Source: Flaccisagitta enflata
Taxonomy: Eukaryota
NCBI GenBank assembly: GCA_965153355.1
Contig: OZ231126.1
Coordinates: forward strand, 4,464,001-4,528,000
Length of the DNA: 64,000 nucleotides
Direction of reading: 5' to 3'
Under the pieces are notes generated by a model. It was not told the DNA's origin. It made no database searches and worked only from the letters and a program-made list of their open reading frames with translations. Position 1 is the first letter of the stretch. Each line of letters begins with the position of its first letter. Both the position numbers and the translations under genes were made by a program. Shown in pieces: positions 40,381-55,505 of the stretch.

Positions 40381-42517
40381 ACAGCCATCCACATATTGCT
40401 TACGACACTCTTGGGTAATCCAGTGTGCAAAAGTGATAAAGCAGTGGGTGGGTATTGGGTGGGGGAAGTGATAAAAACGCTAGTAAAGCCTTTGAGCAGG
40501 GGCAGTGAGGTGAAAACCGCCTGTCAACGGTAGAATGATAATAAAAATGCGGACCGACGAGCGGAAAAACGGATTGACGGATTAACGGACCAACCAACTG
40601 ATCGATCAACAGTCATTGCGGATTATAGAGTTGTGGACACACAACTGAAATAATCAAAACTACCCTCATAGCTTGTCTATTCACAGACTCGTCGGTAGAC
40701 GAAATTCAAAAAAAAAAGAATTTACTTTCTGGACCGAAGTGGAAGGGGGAAAAAATGTAAAGATGTACGTATTACTTGAATAAACAAGGCCAACACCTAT
40801 AAGTCGCGTGGGAGACTTACAGACTTAAAATGACTTAGAATGACTTAAAATGCCTTAGAATGATTTAGAATGCCTGAGAATGACTTACAATGACTTAAAA
40901 TGACCAAAAAGGACTAAAAACGGCAAAATGACCTAATGACCAAAAATGACTTAGAATGATTAAAAATGACTTAGAATGACTTAGAATGACTAAAAATGAC
41001 TTAGAATGACTTTTGATGACTTAGAATGCCTTTAAATTACTAAGAATGACTAAAAATGACTTAAAGAAATAAAAGTGATAAAAAAAGTAAAGTCTGACCG
41101 ACCGACCGACCAAACGACGGACGGACGGACAAAGCAGATTGTAGAGTCGCGTGCACGCGACTAAAAATTAGAAACTTGACGTTGATACGAAAACGCTCTC
41201 ATCAAGTGACCTTGTTTGGATCTGCTAGAAAACTATTTTTTGTTTTAAAACGCTGATTATGTTCTCTACTGTATTCTTGTACCCTACTGTATTCTACTGT
41301 ATTCTCTGTTTGTTTCAAAATGCTGACTATGTCCACTACTGTACTCCTGTACCCTACTGCTTCCACGTTTGAGTGGGATTTCCATCCCCTAAACATGTGT
41401 TAATACGCCAATTGTTAATTGTTAATTCTTTCATACAAATATATTTAAACAAACTGAAGTCTTATTAGATATTACTCTTTTCCTTGAAACAGTCTTGATC
41501 TTATGTTCATTGTCATTGCTCGTAAAGAAATCAGATCAGATCATTGATGGGTTGAACCCATTGGGTTCAATGGGTGCTGTCATGCCAGAATGAATGAATG
41601 AATGAATGAATGAATGAATGAATGAATGAATGAATGAATGAATGAATGAATGAATGAATGAATGAATGAATGAATGATGAAAAGAATAGATTGTATGAGC
41701 GGATGTATGGATATGTAAAAACGGTCCGACGAAGATGTACAGGAGAAGGTCGTGTACTAGTCAGTCAATGAGTCAAAAAGTCAGAAAGAGAGAATGACGG
41801 AAATAGAATTGGTAATCGGAGATTTGAGGGGCAAGACTTGGAGTAAGACTGTAAGAGTCAATTTGATGCGGGCGGGCGGGAGTAATGACGACTGAATCAG
41901 ACATGCGACTGGTTCACAAAAGTTAATTTGTATGTTTTTATAATCTAAATCGTCTTTTAATTAAGACGACCGATAAAAACATTGTCAATCAGCTCAATTT
42001 GTTGTTTTGTACGCCGAGATGGTTAGGACTCTTTTTTGAAGGCCAAATTTGAACTCTACAATGTCATAATGATTGTGTTTGTGTGAACTCAAATTGCTGT
42101 ATGTAAACCAATTTCGAGATATATGACTTAACATATTTTTACGAATATGAACGATAATCATGATGTGGAATTGTGGATCAGCGTGAACATGCCTTTGGCC
42201 AGAAACCTCAATTCTTGGATAAGCATGAACACGCTTTGGTCAAGAAACTAAATCCTTATATACCAGAATATTCACGATTCATATGTCAGCCAAAAAAAGA
42301 AAGAAAAAAAAAGAAAGAAAAACAGAAAAGGCAAAAATTGACCGTATTAGATATTCGAAACAGAGCAACATATCAAAACCAAACAAAATATACAGAACGG
42401 TAACCTAAAAGGAGAATCGAATGGAAAATATTTTCTAAAAGAATTGATGAAAAACAAACAAACAAATACTGTGTTAGGCTAATGCGCCTGATTGTCAGAT
42501 CTTTCCAGAACAGTACC

Positions 42518-42765
42518 ATGAAGCTTTTTAAAACAATGAGAACCATGAAAGCATCCGGGAATAAACAAATGAGTCACAAGCAACAACATCAGTTGCCATG
42601 GAAATTTGTTTTCTTCGTCTTTGTGGCTAACGTAGTCGTCGGAGCGCCGTCGGGCAATGGAACAGCTACCAAATTAACGTCAACGGCCACAGTTACAGTA
42701 GCAGCAACAGCAGCAGCTACAACAGCAACAGCAACAGCAAAAGAAGCAGCAGCCGCGCCATCAAG
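42518..42765 (+). CDS. 7TM gene exon 1 (signal peptide; start Met ambiguous)
   Basis: LPWKFVFFVFVANVVVGA-PS; weak phase-2 donor AAG|GTCTTG. Confidence 0.6.
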
Positions 42766-43294
42766 GTCTTGTATCGTGAATTATTAAAACATTAATAGTC
42801 GTAACATTAATAACATTGTTATTAATATCGATGATATTGTTAATGAAGTAAGATCCGAAGTAAAATCCGAATCGACTGAAATGATAGGAATTTCCATGAC
42901 GTAATACGTGTCAATCGACACAAATAATTTGGATGGAGTAATGAGTAATCATGACTTAGTTTGCAATGGCAAGGATGTACGGATGGATGCACGGTTGGAT
43001 AAACGCACCGATGACCAGAGGATTGAGCGGGTGGACGGACGGATGGACGGATGGACTAATGGACGGATGGACAAATGGACGGACAGATGGCTGGATAGAC
43101 AAATGGACAGATGGACGGACAGACGCACAGATGGACGGATTGATGGACATGTGGACAGAGGGATGGATGGATGGCCAGATAAACTGGCAGGCGGAGGGGC
43201 AGATGGGCGGAAGGACCAATCCTTCAACCGAGCAACATGGACAGATGGACGGACAGACGCACAGATGGACGGATTGATGGACATGTGGACAGAG

Positions 43295-43623
43295 CAGGGG
43301 TGTATATAGTTGAGCGGCTTTTGATTTTATTCCCCCCTCCCCTGCCTTTGATTTTCTTCCCCGCGACGCGGCGCGTCGCATTACAAAATCTTTGATTTTC
43401 TTCCCTTCAAAGTTATAAAACAGTATATTTTAGGTTTGAATGGTGTTTAATTGTATTGTAGTAATTGCATTTTACCTTTTAATACTACCAAAAGCGTTAG
43501 ATCTTCAAAATTTTTCTTTCTTCTTTTTTTCAAACTTTTGATTTTCTTCCCCATCTTAAAACCCTTTGATTTCATTCCCCCCCCCCCACCGGGGAGGGGA
43601 ATACTCAACTTTATACACCCCTG
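43295..43623. mobile_element. hAT-like MITE; second copy 52382-52665
   Basis: TIR CAGGGGTGTATA..TATACACCCCTG with a perfect 8-bp TSD GGACAGAG. The second copy has TSD GGTTATTT/GGTTATTC. Confidence 0.85.
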
Positions 43624-43829
43624 GGACAGAGCGATGGATGGATGGCCAGATACATTGGCAGATCGAGGGGCAGATGGAAGAATGGACCAATCCTTCAACC
43701 AACCAATAAATGGCAATAAGAAAATGCGATTAAAAAGTTGTTTCCCAACAAGAAAGACGATATCAATATTTTATAAATCATTCAATGAATATCATGTAAT
43801 TGATTTAATTCATAAAACTTCTTTTTCAG

Positions 43830-44473
43830 TAATGAGGCAAACCAAACAATCGCCATCATGAAAAAGCCGACCCCAAACGACACAACAACCACCAAGCCGA
43901 CGACGACGATGACGCCGACGAAGAAGGCGACGACGAAGGCGACGACGAAGGCGACGACGACAAAGGTGGCGGAGACAACAGCAACAACAGCAACAACAGC
44001 AGCAACAGCAAAAACAGCAGCAACAGCAACAGCTCAGCCTCGAGGAAACCCCGGAAGAGGAGATGAAAAAAAAGAAGAGGACAAGGAAAAAGAAAATGAG
44101 GCACGGAAGAACAAAGGGGATTCAACAACGGAGCAAACAAATACAACAGCAACAACAACAGCAACGACAGCAACAACAGCAACAACAGCAACAACAGCAA
44201 CAACAGCAACAACAGCAACAACAGCAACAACAGCAACAACAGCATCAAGTACAACACTAGAAACAAAAGTACCATCGTCTTCAGCAAATCCATCCTCAGA
44301 AGCTGAAACAACGACCCTGCTGACCACGGCAAGTGATGGGACGGAGACATCGACAAAGACATCAACAACAGCATCGACCACAGCAGTGACCACAGCAGCA
44401 ACCACAGCAGCAACCACAGCAGCACCAGCCTCCGAAGTAACTACATTGACACCAATCACAACAACAGTCTCTG
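43830..44473 (+). CDS. 7TM gene exon 2 (mucin-like T/A/S-rich stalk)
   Basis: TTTCAG|..|GTAAAC; phase 2-1; (TAT)n repeats. Confidence 0.75.
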
Positions 44474-44777
44474 GTAAACTGGATTCCTCAAAAAGGATTT
44501 GATCACAAATTTTCTAATATGCATTCCTTTTTGGGCAGCGACCCCAGGGACGCGTTGTCCTGCATGTCCTGTAGAACACAGGAATAGATTTCTATCTGTA
44601 CGTTTGTCCGTCCGTTCGTCCGGAGAGCACCACCAGCAAATGAATAAGATTTATGTGCCGCTTATCAGTGATAAGTTATCACTTGTCACTTGCTCAATCA
44701 TCTTCAGTCCTGTTCCAACCTCTCAAATCATGTTGATTCCCCCCCCCCTCCCTTACATTTCCCCCATCGACTGCCAG

Positions 44778-45007
44778 TCGTGGTCGCGTCGACTATCACA
44801 GAGACAGCGGCGTCGAGTTTGTTGCTGCTTCTGACGACCGTGTTGATGCTTCTCTCCAACGGCTTCTTCTGGAGGATCTTGAAGAAGATGGACGCGCTGT
44901 TTGCTTCCACTCCGATCTACTTGAAGGCTATTACGATTTCCGCTTCCGCATTCATCGTGTCCGCAGTGGCACTCTTTGGCACAGTCGCAGTTATGGATGA
45001 TCAACAG
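44778..45007 (+). CDS. 7TM gene exon 3 (TM1-TM2)
   Basis: TGCCAG|..|GTAGGG; SLLLLLTTVLMLLSNGFFWRILKK..IYLKAITISASAFIVSAVALFG; phase 1-0. Confidence 0.8.
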
Positions 45008-45715
45008 GTAGGGAAATTACTAAAAAACTAGAATTAAGATACAGTTGAACCCCGCTCTAACAGACCCATCTCTAGCGGACCCACCATAGACAGATAATGG
45101 AATTTTACCTGTAATGGAGGTGAATTCAGTGTCCCTTCAGTGTGTTTCTTTTTATTTCCTATATTGGCTACAACAGAATTCCGCCTAAAACAGATAAAAT
45201 TTGCTAGTCCCTCAAAACCAGTTATAGCGGGATTTATCTGTAAGAACAGGAGCCTTACTCCCAAGGAGTCGACTTGACACTAGTTATCGTTTTGATCGAT
45301 TCAACGGCCAGTCTCAGCCATCTAATGTTGTTTCTGTGCAAGAGCTGAGGTAAGTAGTGGCGCTGTATTGACAATTAATCAGCTCTACCAGAATAACCAG
45401 AGCGCCTGTCAACCATCGAGTAATAAAGCAAAATCAAGCTTTACAGCGAAGCCGCTTTATTATCAATACAGGAAATCAGAGATATTTTCTGAAGGAGAGG
45501 CAAACAAAGAGACAATGAAAATATCTTCGATGGGATGTAAAGTTTAATACCTTAGAGGCGAGTGTTCCATAAAAGCGGATGCGGTGTATCCGGATTCTAA
45601 CTCCCCTCATACTACCTGTTAAAATACAGCTTCAGAGGTGCAAATACTCCCACCACCCCTCCTTTTCCTACTTTCATCGACTCCATGTAAAATGTGCATT
45701 TTTTTTTGGTTGCAG

Positions 45716-45909
45716 AATCCGATGTGTAGTTTGAAAACTGCAAATACTACCACCAACTCCTCCTCCTCTTCCACCTCCTCGGCCTCTGCCACATCCATCG
45801 TGGCCTTCGCTGTTTCTTCCATCGCTGAATACCTTTTTCTTCTCTTCCTTTGGTTTTACGTCACGCTCGGAGTGGAGCAGTACATCATCATCTGCAGAAT
45901 CAATGTCAG
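45716..45909 (+). CDS. 7TM gene exon 4 (ECL1, TM3)
   Basis: TTGCAG|..|GTAAGA; NPMC..YLFLLFLWFYVTLGVEQYIIICRINV; phase 0-2. Confidence 0.82.
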
Positions 45910-47463
45910 GTAAGACATCATCATCTGCGAAATAAATGTCAGGTTATATATGATATATCATCAGTGACATAGTACATAATTTGCAGAGCCCATATCTTAT
46001 TGATACTTCATCGTTTGCAGAATCAATGTCAGGAAATATATCATGCATCAGTGACATGATTCATCATCCGCAGATTCAATATCAGGCAATATATCATCAA
46101 TAACATGGCATCATCAGCTGCAGAATCAATGTTAGGTGATGTATTATCGATGACTGCAGAGTCCATGTCCAGTTTATACATCATCATCTGCAGAACTAAT
46201 GTCAGGCAATATATCATACCTCCTAGCATCTCCACCATCTCTTCTACACCACTCCATCTTCATTTGTCTTTCTTTTTGGGCAGCAGCCCCGAAGGGGAAA
46301 AAGTCCTGTAGAACACAGAGGGACTTTTGTTCGTTTGTTTGTTTGTTCGTTTATCCGTCCCCCCACCAGCCTGTCAGGCCTCAAATCCGGCCTATCAGGC
46401 CTCAAATCCAACCTGTCAGGCCCTAATTCCAGTCTGTCAGGCCTCAAATTCGGCCTCAAGTGTCTTAAATCCGGCCCGTTTGCCAAAAATTGTGCCTCTC
46501 AGGCCACAAATCAGCCTTCTAAGCTCTCAGGCCTTTCGAGCCTTAATCTAGCTCTCTCAAGCCTCAAATCAGCCTTTCCAGGCCTCTAATTGGCCTCCTC
46601 AGGCCTATTATCAGCCCTCTTAAACTCTGATTTGGTCCAAACGAACGGACAGACGGACAAAAGAAAGTCCCCCTGTGTTCTACAGGTCTTTGTTTCCTTC
46701 GGGGCCGCTGCCCTGCTTCCCCTCACTTAAATGCACAATCATACAAAGTAAGACAATGGGGATTGCTGACCACATATTGCCCTTGGGCGATCGGTTCCTT
46801 CCTTCTCTCCCTCTTCCTCTTCAGCATCTCATCTATCTCCTCCCTACCACCTCATTCCTTTGTCCTTTTCCCTTCTTTTTGGGCAACGGCTCCAAGGGGG
46901 ACGAAGTCCTGTTGAACACAGGGGGACTTTCATTTGTACATTCATCCGTTTGTTGGTTCCCCCAGGCCCTCTCAGGCCTGAAATCTGCCCTCTCAGGCCT
47001 AAAATCTGCTCTCTCAGGCCTTGAATCTGCCCTTTCAGGCCTTGAATCTATCTGTCCTCTTAGGCCTAAAATCTGCCCTCTAAGGCCTGAAACCTGTCCT
47101 CTCAGGCCTTAAAACTGCCCTCTTGGATTCAAGGCCTGAGAGGATAGATTTTGACTTGAGAGGGCAGATTCCAGGCCTAAGAGGGCCGGGGGGGGACTGA
47201 CAGATGGACGAACGGACAAACAAATGGACGAACCAAAGTCCCCCTGTGTTCTACAGGACTTCGTCCCTTTCCAGGCCACTGCCCTGCTTCCTCTCATTCC
47301 AATTTACAACCATGCAAAGCTGGGCAACGGGTATCGCTGACCATCTACTGCCCTTGGGCGACCTGTTGCTTACTCTTACACCACTCCCTCTTCTTCATCT
47401 TCCTCCTCCTCCTCCTCCTCCTCCTCCTCCTCCTCCTCCTCCTCCTCCTCCTCCCCCTCTTAG

Positions 47464-47591
47464 CCACCACGTGGAGAAGAAACGAGCCTTGATGGTGATT
47501 CTGGGATTCGTCCTCCTCCTCCTCATTTTCCTAATCCCTCTAAAATGGGGAGAATCAAAACACTTTCATTCTTTCAACGTCGGTCCTGAGG
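47464..47591 (+). CDS. 7TM gene exon 5 (TM4)
   Basis: (CCT)n CTTAG|..|GTGAGA; KRALMVILGFVLLLLIFLIPLKWG; phase 2-1. Confidence 0.82.
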
Positions 47592-47597
47592 GTGAGA

Positions 47598-48013
<416 letters not shown>

Positions 48014-48017
48014 TTAA

Positions 48018-48054
<37 letters not shown>

Positions 48055-48115
48055 GACAGAGAAAGAGACAGACAGACCGACAGACAAACAGAGAGCGACA
48101 GACAGACAGGGAGCG

Positions 48116-48146
<31 letters not shown>

Positions 48147-48290
48147 GACAGAAATGTAGTCAAACAGACAAAGACACACAAGTACATACAGAAAGACAGA
48201 AAGACAGACAGACACACAGACAGAGACAGAAAGACAGACAGAGACAATCAGAGACAAAGACACACAGAAACACAGACGGACAGATAGAAG

Positions 48291-48386
<96 letters not shown>

Positions 48387-48737
48387 GAGAGAGAGCCGAG
48401 TAACGCTTTCAATGAGAATGGAGTTAACTGCTACGAGACAACCCTGCTATGTTTTAGGTGGGTAGGTTGGTTTGAGGGTGATTGGTTTGTAGTATTTCTG
48501 CGTCGAGGGTGGTTATGATGCTCGGTGCATATGATGTTTTAGGTGGGTAGGTTGGTTAGTTGGTGTTATTTCCGCGTCGGGGGTGGTTTCGATCCTCGGT
48601 GTGCCATTATTCCACTGGTGCAATTATTTGCAGTTATCGCCTAGTCAGAAACAGTATTGTAACAATGCAGCAGTGCAACAGTGCAGCAGTGCAGCAGTGC
48701 AACAGTGCTGCAGTGCAACAATCAAATAATGCTGCAG

Positions 48738-48758
48738 ACCCAACAGTGTGCAAAGACG
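48738..48758 (+). CDS. Possible 21-nt symmetric microexon (or 114-nt form from 48645) supplying an ECL2 cysteine
   Basis: GCTGCAG|ACCCAACAGTGTGCAAAGACG|GTCATT encodes DPTVCKD, phase 1-1; weak splice signals. Confidence 0.3.
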
Positions 48759-48937
48759 GTCATTGACCGGACAATTTAAGGGATTAAGGGAGAATTAAAG
48801 GCGAAGGAAATGGTTTTAATAAAATCCTCTTTTATGTGTATTTAACTCATCAATTGGACTCCTCTGTGGTTGTTGTGGTTGTTGTTGTTGTTGTTGCTGT
48901 TGCTGTTGCTGTTGTTGTCGTTGTTGTTGTTGTTGTT

Positions 48938-48968
<31 letters not shown>

Positions 48969-48993
48969 CTGTTGTTGTTGTTGTTGTTGTTGG

Positions 48994-49057
<64 letters not shown>

Positions 49058-49239
49058 GATATTGCTGTTGTTAATGTTGTTCTGGTTGTTGTTGCTGTTA
49101 TTGTTATTGTTATTGTTGTCGCTGCTGTCGTTGTTGTCGTTGTTGTCGTTGTTTGTTGTTGTCGTTGTCGTCATTGTCGTTGTCGCGTTGTCGTTGTCGC
49201 TGTTGTTCTGGTTATTGCTGTTGTTGTTGTTGCTGTTGC

Positions 49240-49273
<34 letters not shown>

Positions 49274-49455
49274 ATTGTTATTGTTATTGTTATTGTTGTT
49301 ATTGTTATTGTTATTGTTGTCGTTGTCGTTGTCGTTGTCGTAGTTGTCGTTGTCGTTGTCGTTGTCGTCGTTGTCGTCGTTGTCGTCGTTGTTGTCGTCG
49401 TTGTCGTCGTCGTTGTCGTCGTTGTCGTTGTCGTCGTTGTCGTTGTTGTTCTTGG

Positions 49456-51450
<1,995 letters not shown>

Positions 51451-52676
51451 TGGTCGGATTTTGTTACGATTTCTTTCTCTTCCGTTGCTCTTCTTTTTCC
51501 CCTTCAAAACAATCAAAACCATTCGCGAGTCACGAAAAGAAGACAAAGGTATGGACAAGGATATGGTCATTAGCCTAACAACAATAACAAAGGTATGTAC
51601 AAGGATATGGTCATTAGCCTAACAACAATAACAAAGGTATGTAAAAAGATATGGTCATTGGCCCAATAACAATAACAAAGGTACGTACAAGGATATGGTC
51701 ATTGACCCAATAACAATAACAAATGATATAACAAGAACAGTGACAATGACCAAGGTATGTACAAGTATATGGTTATTGGCCCAATAGCAAAAACAAATGA
51801 TAATAACAAGAGCACTGACAATGACAAAGGTATGTACAAAGATATGGTCATTGGCCCAACAACAATAACAAATGATATCAACAAGAACACTTACAATGAT
51901 AATTAGAAAAAAAAACACAATGAACCAAAAATGACATTGACGAAAAACATCTACAAGAACACTAACAATGACAATGACAATAAAATTGCACAATGACAAA
52001 TAACATCAACAAAAACACTGACAATAACAATAAGATTGGACAATGCCAAAAAGAAACATCAACAAGAACGAAAAAAACAATGACAAATGACAAAAACAAG
52101 AACACTGACAATGATAATGAAAACCAAATTCGAAAAAAACACTTGCAATCACAATAACAATTAAAATGACAGGGACAAATGACAATAACAATGACATCAA
52201 CAATAACTCTGACAATGACAATGAAATCCACTCATGATAGTTTCAAAGTAAAACGACATCGAGAAATAAAAACGAAAGACAATAACAATGAAATAGAGAA
52301 GTGACAATAACGATGGAATAGAGAAGTGACAATAACGATGACAACGGCATATGAAATGCAATGGTATTGTTTTGGTTATTTCAGGCCTGTATATTATTGA
52401 GTTTCCCCCTCCCCCCCCCCGTGGGGGGGAGGTGAAAATCGAAGAGTTTGGAGATGGGGAAGGTAATCAAAAGGGGAAAAAAGAGAAGAAAAGAAAATTG
52501 GAGGAAAATAAAACTTTTGACAGTACCAAATCATAAATACTGATTAGTAAAACACAATTAAGAAAATACAGAAAAGAAAATCATTAAAACGCGACGCGAC
52601 ATGTTGCGGGGAAGAAATCAAAGGCAGGGGGGAAATCAAAAGCGACTCAATTATATACAACCCTGGGTTATTCCCT

Positions 52677-53592
52677 AATAACCATGGCAAAATAAAAAAA
52701 GACAGTAATTTTCAAAATGATATTGTGAGCTCATTTTTTAAAGCAGCTTTATAATTTTCTAGACCATGATAGTTTTTGCACCCATAGCATTGATTTTTGC
52801 AAAATTTGTCTTTTGAACAATCGCCGAGTTGGTTTTCGTTTTAGTTTAGACCTAACTTTGAAAATTGACTGTGAGCTCAATTTTTGGAGCAAGGTCAAAA
52901 TCTTGAGATGGGGATAGCATGTTAAATTTCTGACACAGTGAAAAAATCAGAACTCAAAAAAGTTTAATTTTGTAGCTGCAACATCAATTTTTGTGAAATC
53001 AGTTGAAGTCAGATGGCCAAAATAAAAAAACATTTATCTAGAAATGATTTCAAATGTTCATTTTTATTTGTAGCTTCACATTTTTTTTAGTTGGTGATAG
53101 TATAACAAGGTTTTGACACAGCAAAAAAATCAGAACTCAAAAAAGTGTATTTTTGCATCGGTATCATCAATTTTTGTGAATAGACTTCCAATAAAAACTT
53201 TAGTATTGATATCCAGTTTTGAAAGATTTTACAAGAATTGATGTAGAAGGTACAAAAATACACTTTTTTGAATTCTGATTTTTTTGCTGTGTCAACAATT
53301 TGACCTGCTATCACCATCTCAAAAATATTGATCTTGCTCTAAAAGTTGAGCTCACAGTAAATTTTCAAAGTTGGATCTAAACTGAAACCTATCCGGCGAT
53401 GGTTCAATTGACAAATTTTGCAAATTTTAATGCTATGGGCGCAAAAATCAATTTTTTCAAGATCTGATTTTTTTACAATGTAGCAAATTCGACAAACTAT
53501 CATAGTCTAAAGAATTATAAAGCTTCTCTGAAAAATGAGTTCACAATATCATTTTGAAAATCACTGTCTTTTTTTATTTTGCCATAGTTATT
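52677..53592. mobile_element. ~920-bp foldback (near-palindromic) element; another at 56260-56839
   Basis: AATAACCATGGCAAAATAAAAAAAGACAGT..TTCAAAATGATATTGTGA is mirrored at the right end, and the arms stay complementary toward the centre. Confidence 0.8.
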
Positions 53593-53850
53593 TTGGCATT
53601 TTCAAACATTTTCAGGTCGTCATCGTCGTGCCAAAGTTCCAATGACTGATATCACAAATGGTGACAATGGAAAAGATAGGACAAGTAAGGACAGATATCT
53701 TACATGATGACAGTGGAAATGCAAAAGATAGGACAAGTAAGGACAGATATCATAAATGGTGACAATGGAAACGCAAAAAATAGGACAAGAAAGGACAGTT
53801 ATCATAAATGGTGACAATGGAAATGCAAAAGATAGGCCATAGGGCTAGTA

Positions 53851-54461
53851 CCATCTTGCTCAAAAATATCGTCTCAGTAAAACAAAATAGTTATTTAGTG
53901 ATGTTAATTTTTGTACTAAGTGATATTTTCTTGTACAAATATCTAGTATAGGCCCTTGGGGTGCTAAATATTCTTAGTATTCATTTGGGAAGATGTACAT
54001 AAAGGATGTTCAAACAATTTAGTAGAAAGAGTCCATTGACTTTTCTAGCAATTTTTTTCTACAGCACTTTCAGACTAATGTTTATTCATTTTTACATAAA
54101 AAACAAATGGTTTGAACTAGGAAAATCTGGTTGGCGGCATTTCACAGATTTTTTGAAGCTCTTTCTAATGGTCACCGATTTCTATATGATTTTAAAACAA
54201 TAAGCCAAAAAAAAAAATGAACATAAACAAGTCTATATTTTTTTCCTCATTTTTTTGCCTATTTTTTGTTTTTTGTTGATATGATCATTTTTACTCCTTT
54301 GGCTCTAAAATCTAAACGACTTGAGCTACTGAGCTCTGCTTGGCGGCATTTTAAAGATTTCTTCTTGCTCTTTCCAAAGGTCACAGATTTTGATATGTTT
54401 TTTTAAGTAGTTTTGTCACAAATAAGCTATAAAGGTGAGACGATGTTTTTGAGCAAGATGG
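53851..54461. mobile_element. TA-flanked TIR element inserted in a ~52-nt minisatellite (53650-54720)
   Basis: TA|CCATCTTGCTCAAAAA..TTTTTGAGCAAGATGG|TA. Confidence 0.8.
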
Positions 54462-54916
54462 TAAGTGCCAGAGACAGGAAAATTGTGGCAATGGAAATGC
54501 AAAATGTAGGACAAGTAAAGACAGATATTATAAATGGTGACAAGGGAAATACAAAAGATAGGACAAGCAAGAACAGATATTACAAATGGCAACAATGGAA
54601 ATGCAAAAGATAGGACAAGTAAGAAATAATATCACAAATGGTGACAATGAAAATGCAAAAAAGTAGGGCTAGTAAGTGCCAGTGACAATGCGAGGCAAAC
54701 GGTGACAATGGGACCACAAGAAAAATTGGTCATGTGAGTGTCAGAGATGATGCAACAAACTATTGTACACTATATATAGGTACAAACTATAGTATACTAT
54801 GTATGGTTACAAAATTTTGACGCCACATGTCGTACTTTTCTATGTCATCACATGACATCTGACAGATGACCATTAGATGTTAATGTTAAAGTAATAATGT
54901 CAATGTTTGCTTGTAG

Positions 54917-55045
54917 GTTCTGTGGTGACAAATTCGAGTGAAACTTTGATCCCCGACTTCGCCTTCAGCTGTTGTATTCAAATTCTGCTTGTTGGATGCC
55001 TCATCGTCGTTCAGTCAATAATCTACCTTCATTCCTTTTTCTTGG
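54917..55045 (+). CDS. 7TM gene exon 7 (TM6)
   Basis: TTGTAG|..|GTATGT; FAFSCCIQILLVGCLIVVQSIIYLHSFFL; phase 1-1. Confidence 0.8.
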
Positions 55046-55311
55046 GTATGTCATATCATCATTGATATCACCATCATCATTATCATCATCATCATCTTTG
55101 TTCAGTCAATGATCTACCTTCATTCCTTTTTCTCGGGTACATCACATCATCAATGATATCACCATCATCATCATCATTCGTCGTTCAGTCAATAATCTAC
55201 CTTCATTCCTTTTTCTTGGGTATGTCACATCATCATTGATATCACCATCATCATCATCATCATTGTCGTTCAGCCAATAATCTGCACGTCTTCATTTTTT
55301 CCATTCCCCAG

Positions 55312-55505
55312 ATCCTGACAGTCGGTACTTGGACACATTTCTGCGTAACTGTCACGCAGACTCTGTTCAGACTTGGTCCAGTTTCATCCAGACGTTTTTG
55401 GTTGGTCTCGCGGCTGCTTCTCCTTTCTTCGTTTTCCTCAAGTCCAATCCCACTTTCAAAACGGAATTCCATTTTGCAACCTCAAAATTCAAAACCTATC
55501 TTTGA
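55312..55505 (+). CDS. 7TM gene exon 8 (ECL3, TM7, helix 8, stop)
   Basis: CCCCAG|; FIQTFLVGLAAASPFFVFLKSNPTFKTEF..YL-TGA. Confidence 0.8.

Noticed and set aside
42975-43295. ORFs rich in DGRMDGW / PSIRPSV
   Set aside because: (GGAT/GGAC)n simple repeat in an intron.
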